Below, piece by piece: positions 9,969 through 20,357 of a DNA stretch of 51,324 nt. The position numbers and the translations under genes are program-made. The stretch comes from Escherichia phage WaterSpirit. The notes beneath the pieces are model-generated. The model did not search any database, was not told the origin of the DNA, and saw only the letters and a program-made list of their open reading frames with translations. The stretch's first letter is position 1, and every line of letters starts with the position of its first letter. The stretch is taken from the sequence record OR896833.1. One strand, given 5' to 3'.

Positions 9969-10283
9969 ATGGCAAAGATGAAATTAACACTTGGCCCACT
10001 GCCGGACTTCAAGCTACCAGTAAACTTCGTTATGCCTGACGGTAGCGAACAGAAAATCATTTTCACCGTGAAGCACAAGAAAGCGACGGAAGTACAGGAG
10101 CTTTACCGGAAAGAGGGGATCAAAGATTCCGACTTTATCATGAACATTGCGACGGGTTGGGATCTTGAAGAAGAATTTAACCACGAAAACGCAAAACTGT
10201 TAGTCGATTATTACCCTGGGTCAGCGTTGGCGCTCGTTCAATCCTACTTAGGCGCTCTGGCTGGTCAGCGCGTAAAGGGTTAA
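9969..10283 (+). CDS. Tail assembly chaperone (G-like)
   Basis: 104 aa, RBS AAGGAGAAA; located between tail tube and tape measure genes; ends at slippery heptamer A_AAG_GGT followed by TAA. Confidence 0.5.
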   Translation: MAKMKLTLGPLPDFKLPVNFVMPDGSEQKIIFTVKHKKATEVQELYRKEGIKDSDFIMNIATGWDLEEEFNHENAKLLVDYYPGSALALVQSYLGALAGQRVKG

Positions 10284-10594
10284 GGCGCGCGGTTTACCTG
10301 TTTTACCAGAAGCCACCGACAGACGCAGAGCTTGAAGCGGTCGGATTAACACGCGCCGACTACGAAGGCGAGGAGCCGCCGGAGGTTATTTTCGATGAAA
10401 GCATGATGCAGTCATGGGATGTTTTTTGTGCAATGCAAACGCAGTGGAGAAGCGCCGGATCTGGTGCTTACGGATTTGACTATAATGTTTTGCCGATGTT
10501 GTTCAGAATCTATAAAATAGAAGATGAAGAAATGGCCTTAAACGATTTGCGAATCATGGAACAAAAAGCATTAGAAATGATGCACCAAAAATAG
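9969..10594 (+). CDS. Putative -1 frameshift fusion product of tail assembly chaperone (GT-like)
   Basis: -1 frame is open from 10169 to 10594; heptamer A_AAG_GGT at 10274-10280 lies immediately before the zero-frame stop; classic G/GT arrangement upstream of tape measure. Confidence 0.4.
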
Positions 10595-10601
10595 CAATCA
10601 A

Positions 10602-10623
10602 AGCGCCTACGGGCGCTTTTTTA
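10602..10623 (+). terminator. Hairpin (AGCGCC-TACG-GGCGCT) plus T-run
   Basis: Direct read after the T-frame stop. Confidence 0.5.
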
Positions 10624-10642
10624 ATATCTGGAGTAAATGAAC

Positions 10643-13567
10643 ATGGCTGATAAATACGCAGGCTTAACACTTGGCGTTGATGTGTCGCAGGTCACGAATG
10701 CTGTTAAATCATTGCAGCAGTTCAAGAAGGCCAACGACGACGCAAAGAGCAGCGTCGAGGGATTCGTTGATACTGAGGCAATCGCACGACAGCAGGCTAA
10801 ACAGCTTGCCGAGGAATTGCGCAGGCAGCGAGCGGAGTTTAGAAAAATTCAGGACTCCATTGATCCTACATCGGCAAAAATGGATAAGTTGCGACAAGCG
10901 GCATCACAGCTTGATTCCCTTTGGAAAAAAGGCGTAGTGCCGGATGATACTTTCTTTGAGCTTGGCGCTATCTTGGAAACGCAGCAGAATAAGCTGATCG
11001 CCACAAAGAAAGCATTAACCGAAGAAGGCCGAGCAGCGGCAGAGGAAGCGAAACAGAAAGCCCGTGCAGAGGCTGAGGCGCGTAAATTCATCTCTGCATT
11101 GCAACAGCAAGCTGAGGCAGCAGGGAAAACCAGAGAGGAATTGCTGGAGATTCGCGCCGCACAACTAGGGGTAAGTGCTGAGGCAGCGCCATTTATCTCG
11201 CAGATGAAAGCGCAGGATAAGCAAGCCCAAAAATTAGGCATCTCAATGGGACAATATCGGCAGGCTATGAGAATGCTTCCGGCGCAGATCACTGATGTTG
11301 TCACTTCGCTTGCTTCCGGCATGCCTGTATGGCTGGTTGCTATCCAGCAAGGGGGACAGATTAAGGACTCTTTCGGCGGAATCTCTAACACGTTCAAAGC
11401 GTTGTTGTCGTACCTTAATCCGGTAAATGTTGGCGTTGGTGCGCTTGTTGTTTCTCTGGGTGCTTTGGTGAAAGCGGGTTATGATTCCTACTCTTCGCAA
11501 CGAAACTTGCATGAGGCGTTAGTCCTTACTGGAGGTTATGCCGGAACTAACGCGGCGCAATTCGAAAAGATGGCGCAGGACATCAACAGTAGCACGAATG
11601 CAACGATTGGAAGTATCCGCAACATTGCAACCGAGCTTGCAAGATCCGGTAAGTTTACGATTACCCAAATCAGGGCAATCACCAAAACGACTGCGCAATG
11701 GTCAGCGGTAACGGGCGAATCAAGCGGAAAGATTACGGAATACTTTAACAAGATTGCTGATGATCCGGTCAAAGGTCTGGCTAAGCTAAACGAAGAATTT
11801 AACTTCCTGAAACAAGGCCAGCTAACCTATATCGCCGACCTTGAAAAAACCAGCGGCAAAACTGCGGCAGTAACACGGGCGACCGAGCTATTCGCCGATG
11901 TAATGGAGCAACGCCTTGCCAACCTTGCCGATTCGGCAACGCCGTTAGAAAAGATGTGGGACGACGTGCGCAAGTGGGCTTCTGACGCCTGGGGGTGGGT
12001 AGGCGATCACACAATTGGTGCGCTTAACCTGATCACTGACGTTGTGGCGGCAACGGTTGAGCAGGTTCGCTACTTGCTTAATCAGGGTGATATTCTGATC
12101 GGTGAGTTTGTTATTTCTGCCACTAAAGCGATGCAGAACATCCCAGGACTTAGCGGTGTTGGCGATGAATTTATCAAGCAGCAGCAGGAAATCATCGACA
12201 AGAGCAAGAAGGAAAACGAAGAACTGGCGAAGTCCATCGAAGAACGCGACGCGCGAGTCAGAAAGGGCGAGATGGGTTACATTGAAATGATGCGTGAACG
12301 CGCGGCTACAGAGCAGCAGTATTCAGAGAAGACGCGCGAAGCAATCAGGAAAGAGGCCGAAGAACTGGCGAAGCGTGACAAAGCACGTTCTCAAAAGGTC
12401 AAAGTGTCGGCTGGAGACAGGATTGAGGATCAGTATCAGCGAGACATTGTTGCACTGGAGACTCAATTGCGAGTATTGAAGGAGCACGAAACTGTCATTG
12501 CATCAATCAGCCAGCAGCGCCGGACGTTATGGACTGAGCAAGCAAAAATCCAGGTATTGCAGGAAGCATCACAGAAACGCCAGCTTACTGACGAAGAAAA
12601 AAGCATTATTGCCAACAAGGATAAGATCCTTTCGCTGGCAGAGCAGCGGGCTATACTTGGCGACCAGATCCAGTTGCAGGATACATCAATTAAATTCTTG
12701 CATCGTCAAAAGGAAACGCTTCAATCGCTTGAGCTACAGCAAAAAGGCATGAGCGACCGAGAGACGCAAAGGGAGCTTGAACGGCAACGCATCGTCACTG
12801 ACTGGCTGGCAAAAGGAGGTCAGCTTACTGATGCAAGACTCGCCGAGATGATTGATAAGATCAACGAAGTCTACGCAATGCAAGATGAGTTGAGCATGAA
12901 CTCAATCGCAGGGATTGAACGCTCTACGAAAAACTGGATTGATTCGGCTATGGATTTGGGCGGTCAATTTGGTAACGTAATGACCAACGCGTTAAACGGA
13001 ATCAGCGATCAGTTTGTGGAGCTATTGAGCACAGGAAAAAGCAGTTTTAAAGACTTTGCATCTTCAATCATCAAAATGATTATGAACATCATTACGCAGT
13101 TGAGTATTGCCTACGCAATTCAGGCAGCGATGGGATGGGTTAGCGGAAGTCCTAAAACTGGCGGCGGATCTGGTCAGTCATTCCCCGTTCCGTCATTCCG
13201 TCCTCGCGGCTTCTCTGATGGGGGTTACACTGGCGACGGCGGGAAATATGATGCGGCTGGCGTGGTTCACAAGGGTGAATTTGTCATGACGAAGGAGGCA
13301 ACGAAGCGGATCGGAGTCGGAAACCTTTACAAGCTGATGCGCGGTTATGCTAACGGCGGCGTGGTTGGTGGTTCCAGCTATAGCGGCGGTGGCATCAATG
13401 CTGGAGCGGCGCAATTCAATATCGGCGGGATTAGCGTTGATATTAACAACGGTAGCGATCCGAAAGGTATCGAAACTGGCGTTAAGATGATTTTCACCGA
13501 TATGATTAAACGTTCCTGTACGCAGGGCGGCGAAGTTTACGAATTTGTTATGAGCAAGCGAGGCTAA
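10643..13567 (+). CDS. Tail tape measure protein
   Basis: 974 aa from ATG 10643; long coiled-coil/Ala-Gln-rich protein with Gly-rich C-terminus; position before M/L/K/I/J. Confidence 0.9.
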   Translation: MADKYAGLTLGVDVSQVTNAVKSLQQFKKANDDAKSSVEGFVDTEAIARQQAKQLAEELRRQRAEFRKIQDSIDPTSAKMDKLRQAASQLDSLWKKGVVPDDTFFELGAILETQQNKLIATKKALTEEGRAAAEEAKQKARAEAEARKFISALQQQAEAAGKTREELLEIRAAQLGVSAEAAPFISQMKAQDKQAQKLGISMGQYRQAMRMLPAQITDVVTSLASGMPVWLVAIQQGGQIKDSFGGISNTFKALLSYLNPVNVGVGALVVSLGALVKAGYDSYSSQRNLHEALVLTGGYAGTNAAQFEKMAQDINSSTNATIGSIRNIATELARSGKFTITQIRAITKTTAQWSAVTGESSGKITEYFNKIADDPVKGLAKLNEEFNFLKQGQLTYIADLEKTSGKTAAVTRATELFADVMEQRLANLADSATPLEKMWDDVRKWASDAWGWVGDHTIGALNLITDVVAATVEQVRYLLNQGDILIGEFVISATKAMQNIPGLSGVGDEFIKQQQEIIDKSKKENEELAKSIEERDARVRKGEMGYIEMMRERAATEQQYSEKTREAIRKEAEELAKRDKARSQKVKVSAGDRIEDQYQRDIVALETQLRVLKEHETVIASISQQRRTLWTEQAKIQVLQEASQKRQLTDEEKSIIANKDKILSLAEQRAILGDQIQLQDTSIKFLHRQKETLQSLELQQKGMSDRETQRELERQRIVTDWLAKGGQLTDARLAEMIDKINEVYAMQDELSMNSIAGIERSTKNWIDSAMDLGGQFGNVMTNALNGISDQFVELLSTGKSSFKDFASSIIKMIMNIITQLSIAYAIQAAMGWVSGSPKTGGGSGQSFPVPSFRPRGFSDGGYTGDGGKYDAAGVVHKGEFVMTKEATKRIGVGNLYKLMRGYANGGVVGGSSYSGGGINAGAAQFNIGGISVDINNGSDPKGIETGVKMIFTDMIKRSCTQGGEVYEFVMSKRG

Positions 13568-13569
13568 TC

Positions 13570-13920
13570 ATGAAGCTGGAAAGATTCAAATGGTGCACGC
13601 AAACGCAAGGAGGCGGCGGAGCAATGACCACATCCAACAACGACAGGGAGGTCGTTTTTGGTAACGGATACACGCAAGTAGCATCCGGCGGATTTAACAC
13701 GGTGCGGCGAGAGTTTACCATCGTGTACGCCGGACGTGATTACAGGGAGGTGCTGAACTTTCTGCATAATCACAGATTAAAACCGTTTGTTTGGGAAATG
13801 CCGGACGGTCAATTGGGGTTATTCAGGGTGCAGGGAGGCAGCGTTGGCGCAACTCCGATTTCTGCAACCGTTCAGGAAGTCAAAGCTACTTTCACGGAGC
13901 AATTTACATCAATGGGATAA
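13570..13920 (+). CDS. Minor tail protein M-like
   Basis: 116 aa, start 3 nt after tape-measure stop; lambda-like order. Confidence 0.6.
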   Translation: MKLERFKWCTQTQGGGGAMTTSNNDREVVFGNGYTQVASGGFNTVRREFTIVYAGRDYREVLNFLHNHRLKPFVWEMPDGQLGLFRVQGGSVGATPISATVQEVKATFTEQFTSMG

Positions 13921-13926
13921 AACACA

Positions 13927-13950
13927 GGCCGCTTTTGTGCGGCCTTTTTA
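13927..13950 (+). terminator. Intrinsic terminator (GGCCGC-TTTTGT-GCGGCC + T5)
   Basis: Perfect 6-bp stem plus T-run between M and L genes. Confidence 0.6.
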
Positions 13951-13985
13951 TTGGTGTTACAATGCAGCAAACAGGAGGACTTATT

Positions 13986-14744
13986 ATGGCTGAAACAACC
14001 GGAAGACAAGATCTACATAACTGCTTACAAAGCCTGTATCCAGGAGAAATCATCACGCTTATTGAGATTGACGGAACGAAGTTTGGCGCTCGCGTTTACC
14101 GCTTACACGGCGAGAATATCCGCTACACGCCGGAAGAATTATTACAGGCGCAGCAAACAGGAATATTGCCACCGAAAGAAATTACTTTTCGTGGTGAGCA
14201 ATACGGGGCGCGACCGTTTGGAATCACCGGAATTAACTTTACCAGTAACGGAAAGGCAGACAAGCCGCAATTAATCTTGTCCAACCTTGATAGCCAGGTT
14301 AGCGCAATGATCCGAAATTACAACGGCATGATGCAGGCGAAAGTTACCATATACGTTATTCCGGCTGAATTGCTGGGCGAGGATGGGAACATCAAAGATG
14401 GTGCTTTCCGGCGAATGGTTTATTACATTGAGCGTCCTAGTCAGTTTAACCGAACTCTGGCAAAGTTTGACCTTACATCTCCATACGATATGGACGGAAT
14501 CATGATCCCGCCGCGAGTGACACAAAGCGTCTGCTATTGGGCGCAGCGTAACTGGTATCGCAGCGGTAAAGGTTGCAGCTATAACGGATCGCGAATGTTC
14601 GACAAAGACAACAATCCGGTAACTGATCCATCGCAAGACTTTTGCGCAGGAACGGTGAACGCGTGCAAACTTCGATTTGGCGCGGAAAACGAGCTTGATT
14701 TTGGCGGCGCACCAGTGGCAAGCCTGTTAAGGAGAAATCAATAA
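13986..14744 (+). CDS. Minor tail protein L-like
   Basis: 252 aa from ATG 13986 (RBS AGGAGGA); lambda gpL-like position and size. Confidence 0.7.
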   Translation: MAETTGRQDLHNCLQSLYPGEIITLIEIDGTKFGARVYRLHGENIRYTPEELLQAQQTGILPPKEITFRGEQYGARPFGITGINFTSNGKADKPQLILSNLDSQVSAMIRNYNGMMQAKVTIYVIPAELLGEDGNIKDGAFRRMVYYIERPSQFNRTLAKFDLTSPYDMDGIMIPPRVTQSVCYWAQRNWYRSGKGCSYNGSRMFDKDNNPVTDPSQDFCAGTVNACKLRFGAENELDFGGAPVASLLRRNQ

Positions 14745-15475
14745 TGATTAGTGCAAAGATTAAACTTGAAATAATGCAGCACGTTAAAGACGAATACCCG
14801 CGCGAGGCGTGCGGGGTTATCACTCAAAAATCGCGGGTACAGAAATATCACCGCATAACAAATGTGCATGATGATCCAGAAAATCACTTTGAAATGGATA
14901 CGATGGAATACGTCGAAGCGTGCGACAGTGGCGAGCTTATTGCTATTGTGCATTCACACACTGGAGATGGGGCAAGTACAATCCCAAGTGCGCACGACAC
15001 ATGTATGTGTGACGAAACAGGCGTATCATGGGTTATCGTTTCCTGGCCGGAAGGCGATATGCGAATAATAGAGCCGGAAACACGCCCACTGACTGGTCGC
15101 CCATGGTCGCTTGGTTCTTATGATTGCTGGGGGCTTGTTATGGCCTGGCACAAAGAGAATGGCGTAGAACTGAACGACTTCCGAAAGCCTTACGAATGGT
15201 GGAAGCCTGAATACGGCGAGAATCTATATGAGGAAAACTATCTGAAAGAGGGGTTCATACCAACCAATCAGGATCCGAAGGCAGGCGACATGGTGATTTT
15301 TCAGCTATCATCGCCAGTCTGGAATCACGCCGGAATATACTTAGGCAACAACCAGCTATTGCATCACGCTTTTGGTAAGCTATCAAAAATTGATCTGTAT
15401 TCAGGCTGGTATCAGGAACATGCGGTAATGGTATGTAGGCATAAGGATCTAAAATATGACATTGAAAACAATTAA
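14744..15475 (+). CDS. Tail assembly protein K-like (JAB/MPN + NlpC/P60-like)
   Basis: 243 aa; HSHTGDGASTIPSAHD metal-binding-like motif and Cys/His residues; position after L. Confidence 0.7.
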   Translation: MISAKIKLEIMQHVKDEYPREACGVITQKSRVQKYHRITNVHDDPENHFEMDTMEYVEACDSGELIAIVHSHTGDGASTIPSAHDTCMCDETGVSWVIVSWPEGDMRIIEPETRPLTGRPWSLGSYDCWGLVMAWHKENGVELNDFRKPYEWWKPEYGENLYEENYLKEGFIPTNQDPKAGDMVIFQLSSPVWNHAGIYLGNNQLLHHAFGKLSKIDLYSGWYQEHAVMVCRHKDLKYDIENN

Positions 15476-16055
15476 ATTATCGGGGTCGTTAGGCCGTCGT
15501 TTTGGTGTATTTCACAAATTAGCCGTTGACTCATACCCCGAAGCAATCCGCGCCCTTTCTTCACAGATTGAAGGATTCAAGGATTACATGCAAAGCGAGG
15601 TGGGATCGCGTATGCGTTACGCTGTTATTGTTGACGGCAAAGAGATTAGCCAGCATGACGATCGCACCTGGCAATGCGCGAAAGAGATCAGGATAATTCC
15701 AATTCCCACGGGGTCGAAGTCCGGCGGCCTGTTCCAATCCATCTTGGGTGTTACCATCATGGCAGTAGCAGTGGTTGCAACTGGCGGCGTAGCAGCAATG
15801 ATGGCTAGTTCGTTTGCATCGTCTGCTTTCCTTATGGGTGGTGCTATGGCATTGGGAGGAGTAACGCAAATGCTATCACCGCAACCAGGAGGGGCAAAAA
15901 TGCAGGCAACAGCCACAGAGAACAAACCGTCATATGCCTTTGGTGGGGCTGTAAACACTTCTGCGGCTGGCTATCCACTTCCAATACCTTACGGATTGCG
16001 CACCGTTGGTGGTGCGATCTGGTCGGCTGGAAGCTACGCGGAAGATAAAGCATAA
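15456..16055 (+). CDS. Tail assembly protein I-like
   Basis: 199 aa; Gly/Ala-rich hydrophobic C-terminal half typical of gpI; overlaps K end. Confidence 0.65.
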   Translation: MTLKTIKLSGSLGRRFGVFHKLAVDSYPEAIRALSSQIEGFKDYMQSEVGSRMRYAVIVDGKEISQHDDRTWQCAKEIRIIPIPTGSKSGGLFQSILGVTIMAVAVVATGGVAAMMASSFASSAFLMGGAMALGGVTQMLSPQPGGAKMQATATENKPSYAFGGAVNTSAAGYPLPIPYGLRTVGGAIWSAGSYAEDKA

Positions 16056-16063
16056 ACAAAAAG

Positions 16064-16089
16064 AGTCGCGCGTTGCGCGGCTTTTTTTT
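16064..16089 (+). terminator. Intrinsic terminator (8-bp stem with one G-U pair + T8)
   Basis: AGTCGCGC-GTT-GCGCGGCT followed by TTTTTTTT. Confidence 0.7.
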
Positions 16090-16101
16090 CGTCCGTATAA
16101 T
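16073..16101 (+). promoter_or_regulatory. Putative sigma70-like promoter for J (TTGCGC-17-TATAAT) overlapping the terminator
   Basis: -10 TATAAT at 16096-16101; -35-like TTGCGC 17 bp upstream. Confidence 0.3.
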
Positions 16102-16135
16102 GTAAACACGCAAATAGCACAAAAGGTAAAAAAAC

Positions 16136-19100
16136 ATGGCTAAAAATATTATAACTGGCAGTAAGGGTGGGTCGAAAAAACCTTACGTGCCTAAAGAGCT
16201 TGAAGATAACCTGATTTCAATAAACAAAATTAAAATCCTGCTTGCCGTATCCGATGGTGAGTGTGACGCGGATTTCTCATTACGTGATCTGTATCTTGAT
16301 GATGTTCCGGTTATCGCTGACGACGGAACTGTAAACTACCCAGGCGTTAAAGCAGAGTTTAGGCCAGGAACGCAGGATCAGGAATACATTCAGGGTTTTA
16401 CTGACACGTCAAACGAGGTGATCATCAATCGAGATTTGACTACAAATACGCCATATGTTTTGTCGGTAACGAATAAGACGCTTTCCGCAATACGCATCAA
16501 AATGCTAATGCCAGTGGGTATTAAGCAGGAGGATAACGGCGACTTGGTGGGCGTTACCGTTACATATGCAGTTGATATGGCGGTTGATGGTGATTCATAC
16601 AAAGAAGTAATGATCGACACCATTAACGGCAAGACGCGCACCGGATACGACCGTAGCCGACGCATTGACTTGCCGAAATTCAATGAGCGTGTTTTGCTTC
16701 GCGTTCGCCGCGTTACGCCTGACAGCACAACGTCGAAGGTTACAGACCTGATCCGCATACAGAGTTACGCCGAGGTAATTGATGCAAAATTCCGTTACCC
16801 TCTGACTGGGCTTGTTTACGTCGAGTTTGACAGCGAACTGTTCCCTAACCAGATCCCTAACATTTCAATTAAAAAGAAATGGAAGTTGATTCAGGTTCCC
16901 AGCAATTACGATCCTGTATCTCGTCGGTATTCTGGAACATGGGACGGAACATTTAAAAAAGCGTGGTCAAATAATCCGGCATGGGTTCTTTACGATTTGG
17001 TTACTAATCAGCGTTATGGACTTGATCAACGAGAATTGGGAATACAGATCGACAAGTGGAGTCTATACGAGGCTGGGGTGTATTGTGATCAGATGGTTCC
17101 AGATGGCAAGGGAGGAACAGAGCCGCGCTACCTATGCGATATGGTGATTCAAAGCCAGATTGAGGCTTATCAGCTTATTCGTGACATTTGCTCAATCTTC
17201 CGAGGAATGACTTTTTGGAATGGCGAGAGCTTGTCTGTAGTGGTGGATAAACCGCGCGAGCCATCATACATCTTTACAAACGACAACGTAATTAATGGAG
17301 ATTTTCAGTACACGAGCGCCAGCGAAAAGAGCATGTACACTCAATGCAACGTTACGTTTGACGATGAGCAAAACATGTATCAACAGGACGTTGAGGGCGT
17401 ATTTGACACTGAGGCGGCGTTACGTTTTGGCTACAATCCAACAAGTATCACGGCGATTGGTTGTACCCGTCGAAGCGAAGCGAATCGACGCGGACGCTGG
17501 ATACTGAAAACCAACCTGCGCAGCCAAACGGTAAACTTTGCCACCGGGCTGGAAGGGATGATCCCATCTATCGGTGACGTTATCGCGATTTCTGATAACT
17601 TCCTGAGCAGCAACTTAACGCTCAACCTATCAGGGCGCGTAATGGAAGTTTCCGGCTTGCAGGTATTCGTTCCGTTTAAGATTGACGCTAGACCAGGTGA
17701 TTTCATTATCATCAACAGACCGGACGGAAAACCAGTTAAGCGCACAATCTCAAAAGTCAGCGCGGACGGAAAAACCATTGAGTTAAACGTAGGGTTCGGA
17801 TTCGACGTAAAACCGGACACCGTATTTGCAATCGACCGAACAGACCTTGCGTTGCAACAGTACGTTGTAACAGGAATCAGCAAGGGTGACACTGAGGAAG
17901 AATTTACCTACTCGATTACGGCGGTTGAATACGATCCTAACAAATACGACGAAATTGATTATGGCGTAAACATTGATGATCGTCCGATCTCAATCGTGCA
18001 GCCGGACATCATGCAAGCACCGGAAAATGTTCAGGTGTCATCATACTCCCGTGTTGTCCAGGGTGTTAGCGTTGAGACGATGGTTGTGTCGTGGGATAAA
18101 GTGCCTTATGCGTCACTGTATGAAATGCAATGGCGAAAAGGTGATGGCAACTGGCTAAATACGCCGCGCACAGCGAACAAAGAGACGGAAGTAGAAGGAA
18201 TTTATTCAGGGAACTATCAAGTAAGGGTCAGATCTGTTTCAGCTTCCGGCAGTACATCAGCATGGTCGAAGATTGCAACAGCTTCCCTGACTGGTAAAGT
18301 TGGCGAGCCAGGCGCGCCAGTTAACTTAACCGCATCAGATAATGAAGTTTTCGGCATTCGTATTAAATGGGGCATGCCAGAAGGAAGCGGAGACACGGCC
18401 TACATTGAGCTTCACCAGTCGCCAGACGGAACGGTTGAAAACTCAAGCCTGTTAACGCTGATCCCATACCCGCAATATGAATACTGGCACAGTACACTAC
18501 CAGCGGGTCAAGTTGTCTGGTATAGAATCCGCAGCGTTGACAGAATCGGCAACGTTTCTAGCTGGACTGATTTTGTTCGTGGCATGGCATCAGATGATGT
18601 TGAATCTGTTTTAGGAGATATTCTTGATAAGATTTTTGATAGCGAAGCAGGGCAAGAAATCAAGGAGAACGCCATCGAAAGCGCGAACAAGATCAAAGAC
18701 CAGGCGCAGGCAATAATCCAGAACGCTTTGGCGATTGACGCTAACTTGAAATGGACGCGAGTACAGAACGGAAAGCGAAAGGCTGAATATGGTCATGCTG
18801 TTCAGTTGATCGCAAATGAGACTGAGGCGCGAGTAACTCAAATCGAAGAATTGAGGGCTTCAATTGATGGCGAGATAACATCAAGCATCAAGACAGTGCA
18901 GGAGGCAATCGCCACTGAATCAGAGACACGAGCAACTCAAATTCAGCAGCTTGATTCTAAATTCACAAAAGAAATTGACGGCGTGCGAAAGGATACTTCT
19001 GCAAGCATTAGCGATGTAAGGCAGACAATCACTAACGAGTCAGAAGCGCGAGCGCAAGCGGTACAACAGCTTGATGCAAAATTCACCAAAGAGATTAACG

Positions 19101-19714
19101 ATCTCAATGATGCAATCAAGGTTGACGTTGAGGCCAGCATTTCCGAAGTGAGACAAGCTATCGCCAACGAGGAGGAAGCGCGAGTACAAGCTGATCAGGC
19201 ATTAACAGCACGATTTGGAGACGTTGAATCTGCATTGGTTGAAAAGTTGGATTCTTGGGCGAGCGTTGATTCAGTTGGTGCTAAGTACGCTATGAAACTT
19301 GGCCTTACTTACAAAGGACAGCAGTACAGCGCAGGAATGGTAATGCAGCTTTCGCAGGGTTCATCCGGTCTTATCTCGCAAATTTTGTTTGATGCTAACA
19401 GGTTCGCCATTATGACTAGCTCTACTGGAGGGACTTTCACTTTGCCTTTCGTGGTTGAGAATAATCAGGTTTTCATTAATAGTCTTTTGGTGAAGAACGG
19501 ATCAATCACTAATGCGATGATTGGTAATGTGATTCAGTCAAACAACTTTGTTCAAAACCAGCAAGGATGGAGGCTTGATAAAAACGGAATCTTTGAGAAT
19601 TACGGATCAACGACAGGAGAAGGAGCTACTAAATTCACCAATGAGGGATTGAAGGTAAAAGATGCAAACGGAGTATTGAGGGTTGAAGTCGGAAGGATTA
19701 CCGGAAGCTGGTAA
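16136..19714 (+). CDS. Host specificity / central tail fibre protein J-like
   Basis: 1192 aa; size, position after I, internal ~40-aa tandem repeats near C-terminal third. Confidence 0.9.
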   Translation: MAKNIITGSKGGSKKPYVPKELEDNLISINKIKILLAVSDGECDADFSLRDLYLDDVPVIADDGTVNYPGVKAEFRPGTQDQEYIQGFTDTSNEVIINRDLTTNTPYVLSVTNKTLSAIRIKMLMPVGIKQEDNGDLVGVTVTYAVDMAVDGDSYKEVMIDTINGKTRTGYDRSRRIDLPKFNERVLLRVRRVTPDSTTSKVTDLIRIQSYAEVIDAKFRYPLTGLVYVEFDSELFPNQIPNISIKKKWKLIQVPSNYDPVSRRYSGTWDGTFKKAWSNNPAWVLYDLVTNQRYGLDQRELGIQIDKWSLYEAGVYCDQMVPDGKGGTEPRYLCDMVIQSQIEAYQLIRDICSIFRGMTFWNGESLSVVVDKPREPSYIFTNDNVINGDFQYTSASEKSMYTQCNVTFDDEQNMYQQDVEGVFDTEAALRFGYNPTSITAIGCTRRSEANRRGRWILKTNLRSQTVNFATGLEGMIPSIGDVIAISDNFLSSNLTLNLSGRVMEVSGLQVFVPFKIDARPGDFIIINRPDGKPVKRTISKVSADGKTIELNVGFGFDVKPDTVFAIDRTDLALQQYVVTGISKGDTEEEFTYSITAVEYDPNKYDEIDYGVNIDDRPISIVQPDIMQAPENVQVSSYSRVVQGVSVETMVVSWDKVPYASLYEMQWRKGDGNWLNTPRTANKETEVEGIYSGNYQVRVRSVSASGSTSAWSKIATASLTGKVGEPGAPVNLTASDNEVFGIRIKWGMPEGSGDTAYIELHQSPDGTVENSSLLTLIPYPQYEYWHSTLPAGQVVWYRIRSVDRIGNVSSWTDFVRGMASDDVESVLGDILDKIFDSEAGQEIKENAIESANKIKDQAQAIIQNALAIDANLKWTRVQNGKRKAEYGHAVQLIANETEARVTQIEELRASIDGEITSSIKTVQEAIATESETRATQIQQLDSKFTKEIDGVRKDTSASISDVRQTITNESEARAQAVQQLDAKFTKEINDLNDAIKVDVEASISEVRQAIANEEEARVQADQALTARFGDVESALVEKLDSWASVDSVGAKYAMKLGLTYKGQQYSAGMVMQLSQGSSGLISQILFDANRFAIMTSSTGGTFTLPFVVENNQVFINSLLVKNGSITNAMIGNVIQSNNFVQNQQGWRLDKNGIFENYGSTTGEGATKFTNEGLKVKDANGVLRVEVGRITGSW

Positions 19715-19740
19715 AAAAGGGGGCATAGCCCCCTTTAATT
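19713..19740. terminator. Bidirectional intrinsic terminator (A6-GGGGGC-ATA-GCCCCC-T-rich)
   Basis: Hairpin flanked by A-run and T-rich run between convergent J and minus-strand operon. Confidence 0.7.
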
Positions 19741-20355
19741 TTAATCATAGTGTGATGCATTTATAACCAAAACAGATGAAGCGGTGTAAATACCAACTGG
19801 GCCAGGAGTTTGTGCAACTTGCCTAGAGAAAGAATATACACCGTTGCCATACGCAGCAGCCTGAGATTCAAATATCATGAATCCACCTAAAGCCGGATTA
19901 GGAACAGAGTTTAACGCTGTCAGTGATGGCATTATGGCGCAAGGGTATCCCAAATTAACATCAAACGCGATCCCGCTTACGCCTACTTGCTTTGCATCTA
20001 GCGGCCTCATTTTTCCATGATAAACCATTTCACCATGAGCATTATAAAACGCTATGCCGTGACTACCTGGGGGAGTCACCATATTACTAAAAGCATAAAC
20101 AATAACCTCACCCTGATTATCAGATCTATCAAGTCTTATTGCGTGCCTTCCACCATTGTTAAATTGCGTGAATGATATGTATGATTTAGCGGTCAATCTA
20201 ACAAAGAAAAAACATACCCTATCAACAGTAATTGACGAAGTAAAAACGGTTCCAGTATTAGCAGATATTACGGCACGATCAATTAGATTAACCGGAGTGA
20301 AATCTGGGCTTAACCATAATGATCCGTCTGGTTTTTTTATGCTCATCCCGTACAT
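19741..20355 (-). CDS. Putative receptor-binding / distal tail protein (204 aa)
   Basis: ATG 20355 is 2 nt after upstream TGA (TGAtaATG); last gene of lipoprotein operon adjacent to J. Function inferred from position only. Confidence 0.3.
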   Translation of the reverse strand: MYGMSIKKPDGSLWLSPDFTPVNLIDRAVISANTGTVFTSSITVDRVCFFFVRLTAKSYISFTQFNNGGRHAIRLDRSDNQGEVIVYAFSNMVTPPGSHGIAFYNAHGEMVYHGKMRPLDAKQVGVSGIAFDVNLGYPCAIMPSLTALNSVPNPALGGFMIFESQAAAYGNGVYSFSRQVAQTPGPVGIYTASSVLVINASHYD

Positions 20356-20357
20356 TA

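Noticed and set aside
10671-13414. Multiple short ORFs on both strands inside the tape measure gene
   Set aside because: All are embedded in the 974-aa tape measure reading frame; translations are low-complexity (Ser/Arg/Cys-rich); no independent start signals.
16390-18841. Antisense ORFs within the J gene (for example 17431-17892 minus)
   Set aside because: Embedded in a 1192-aa well-supported gene; no RBS; typical antisense artefacts.
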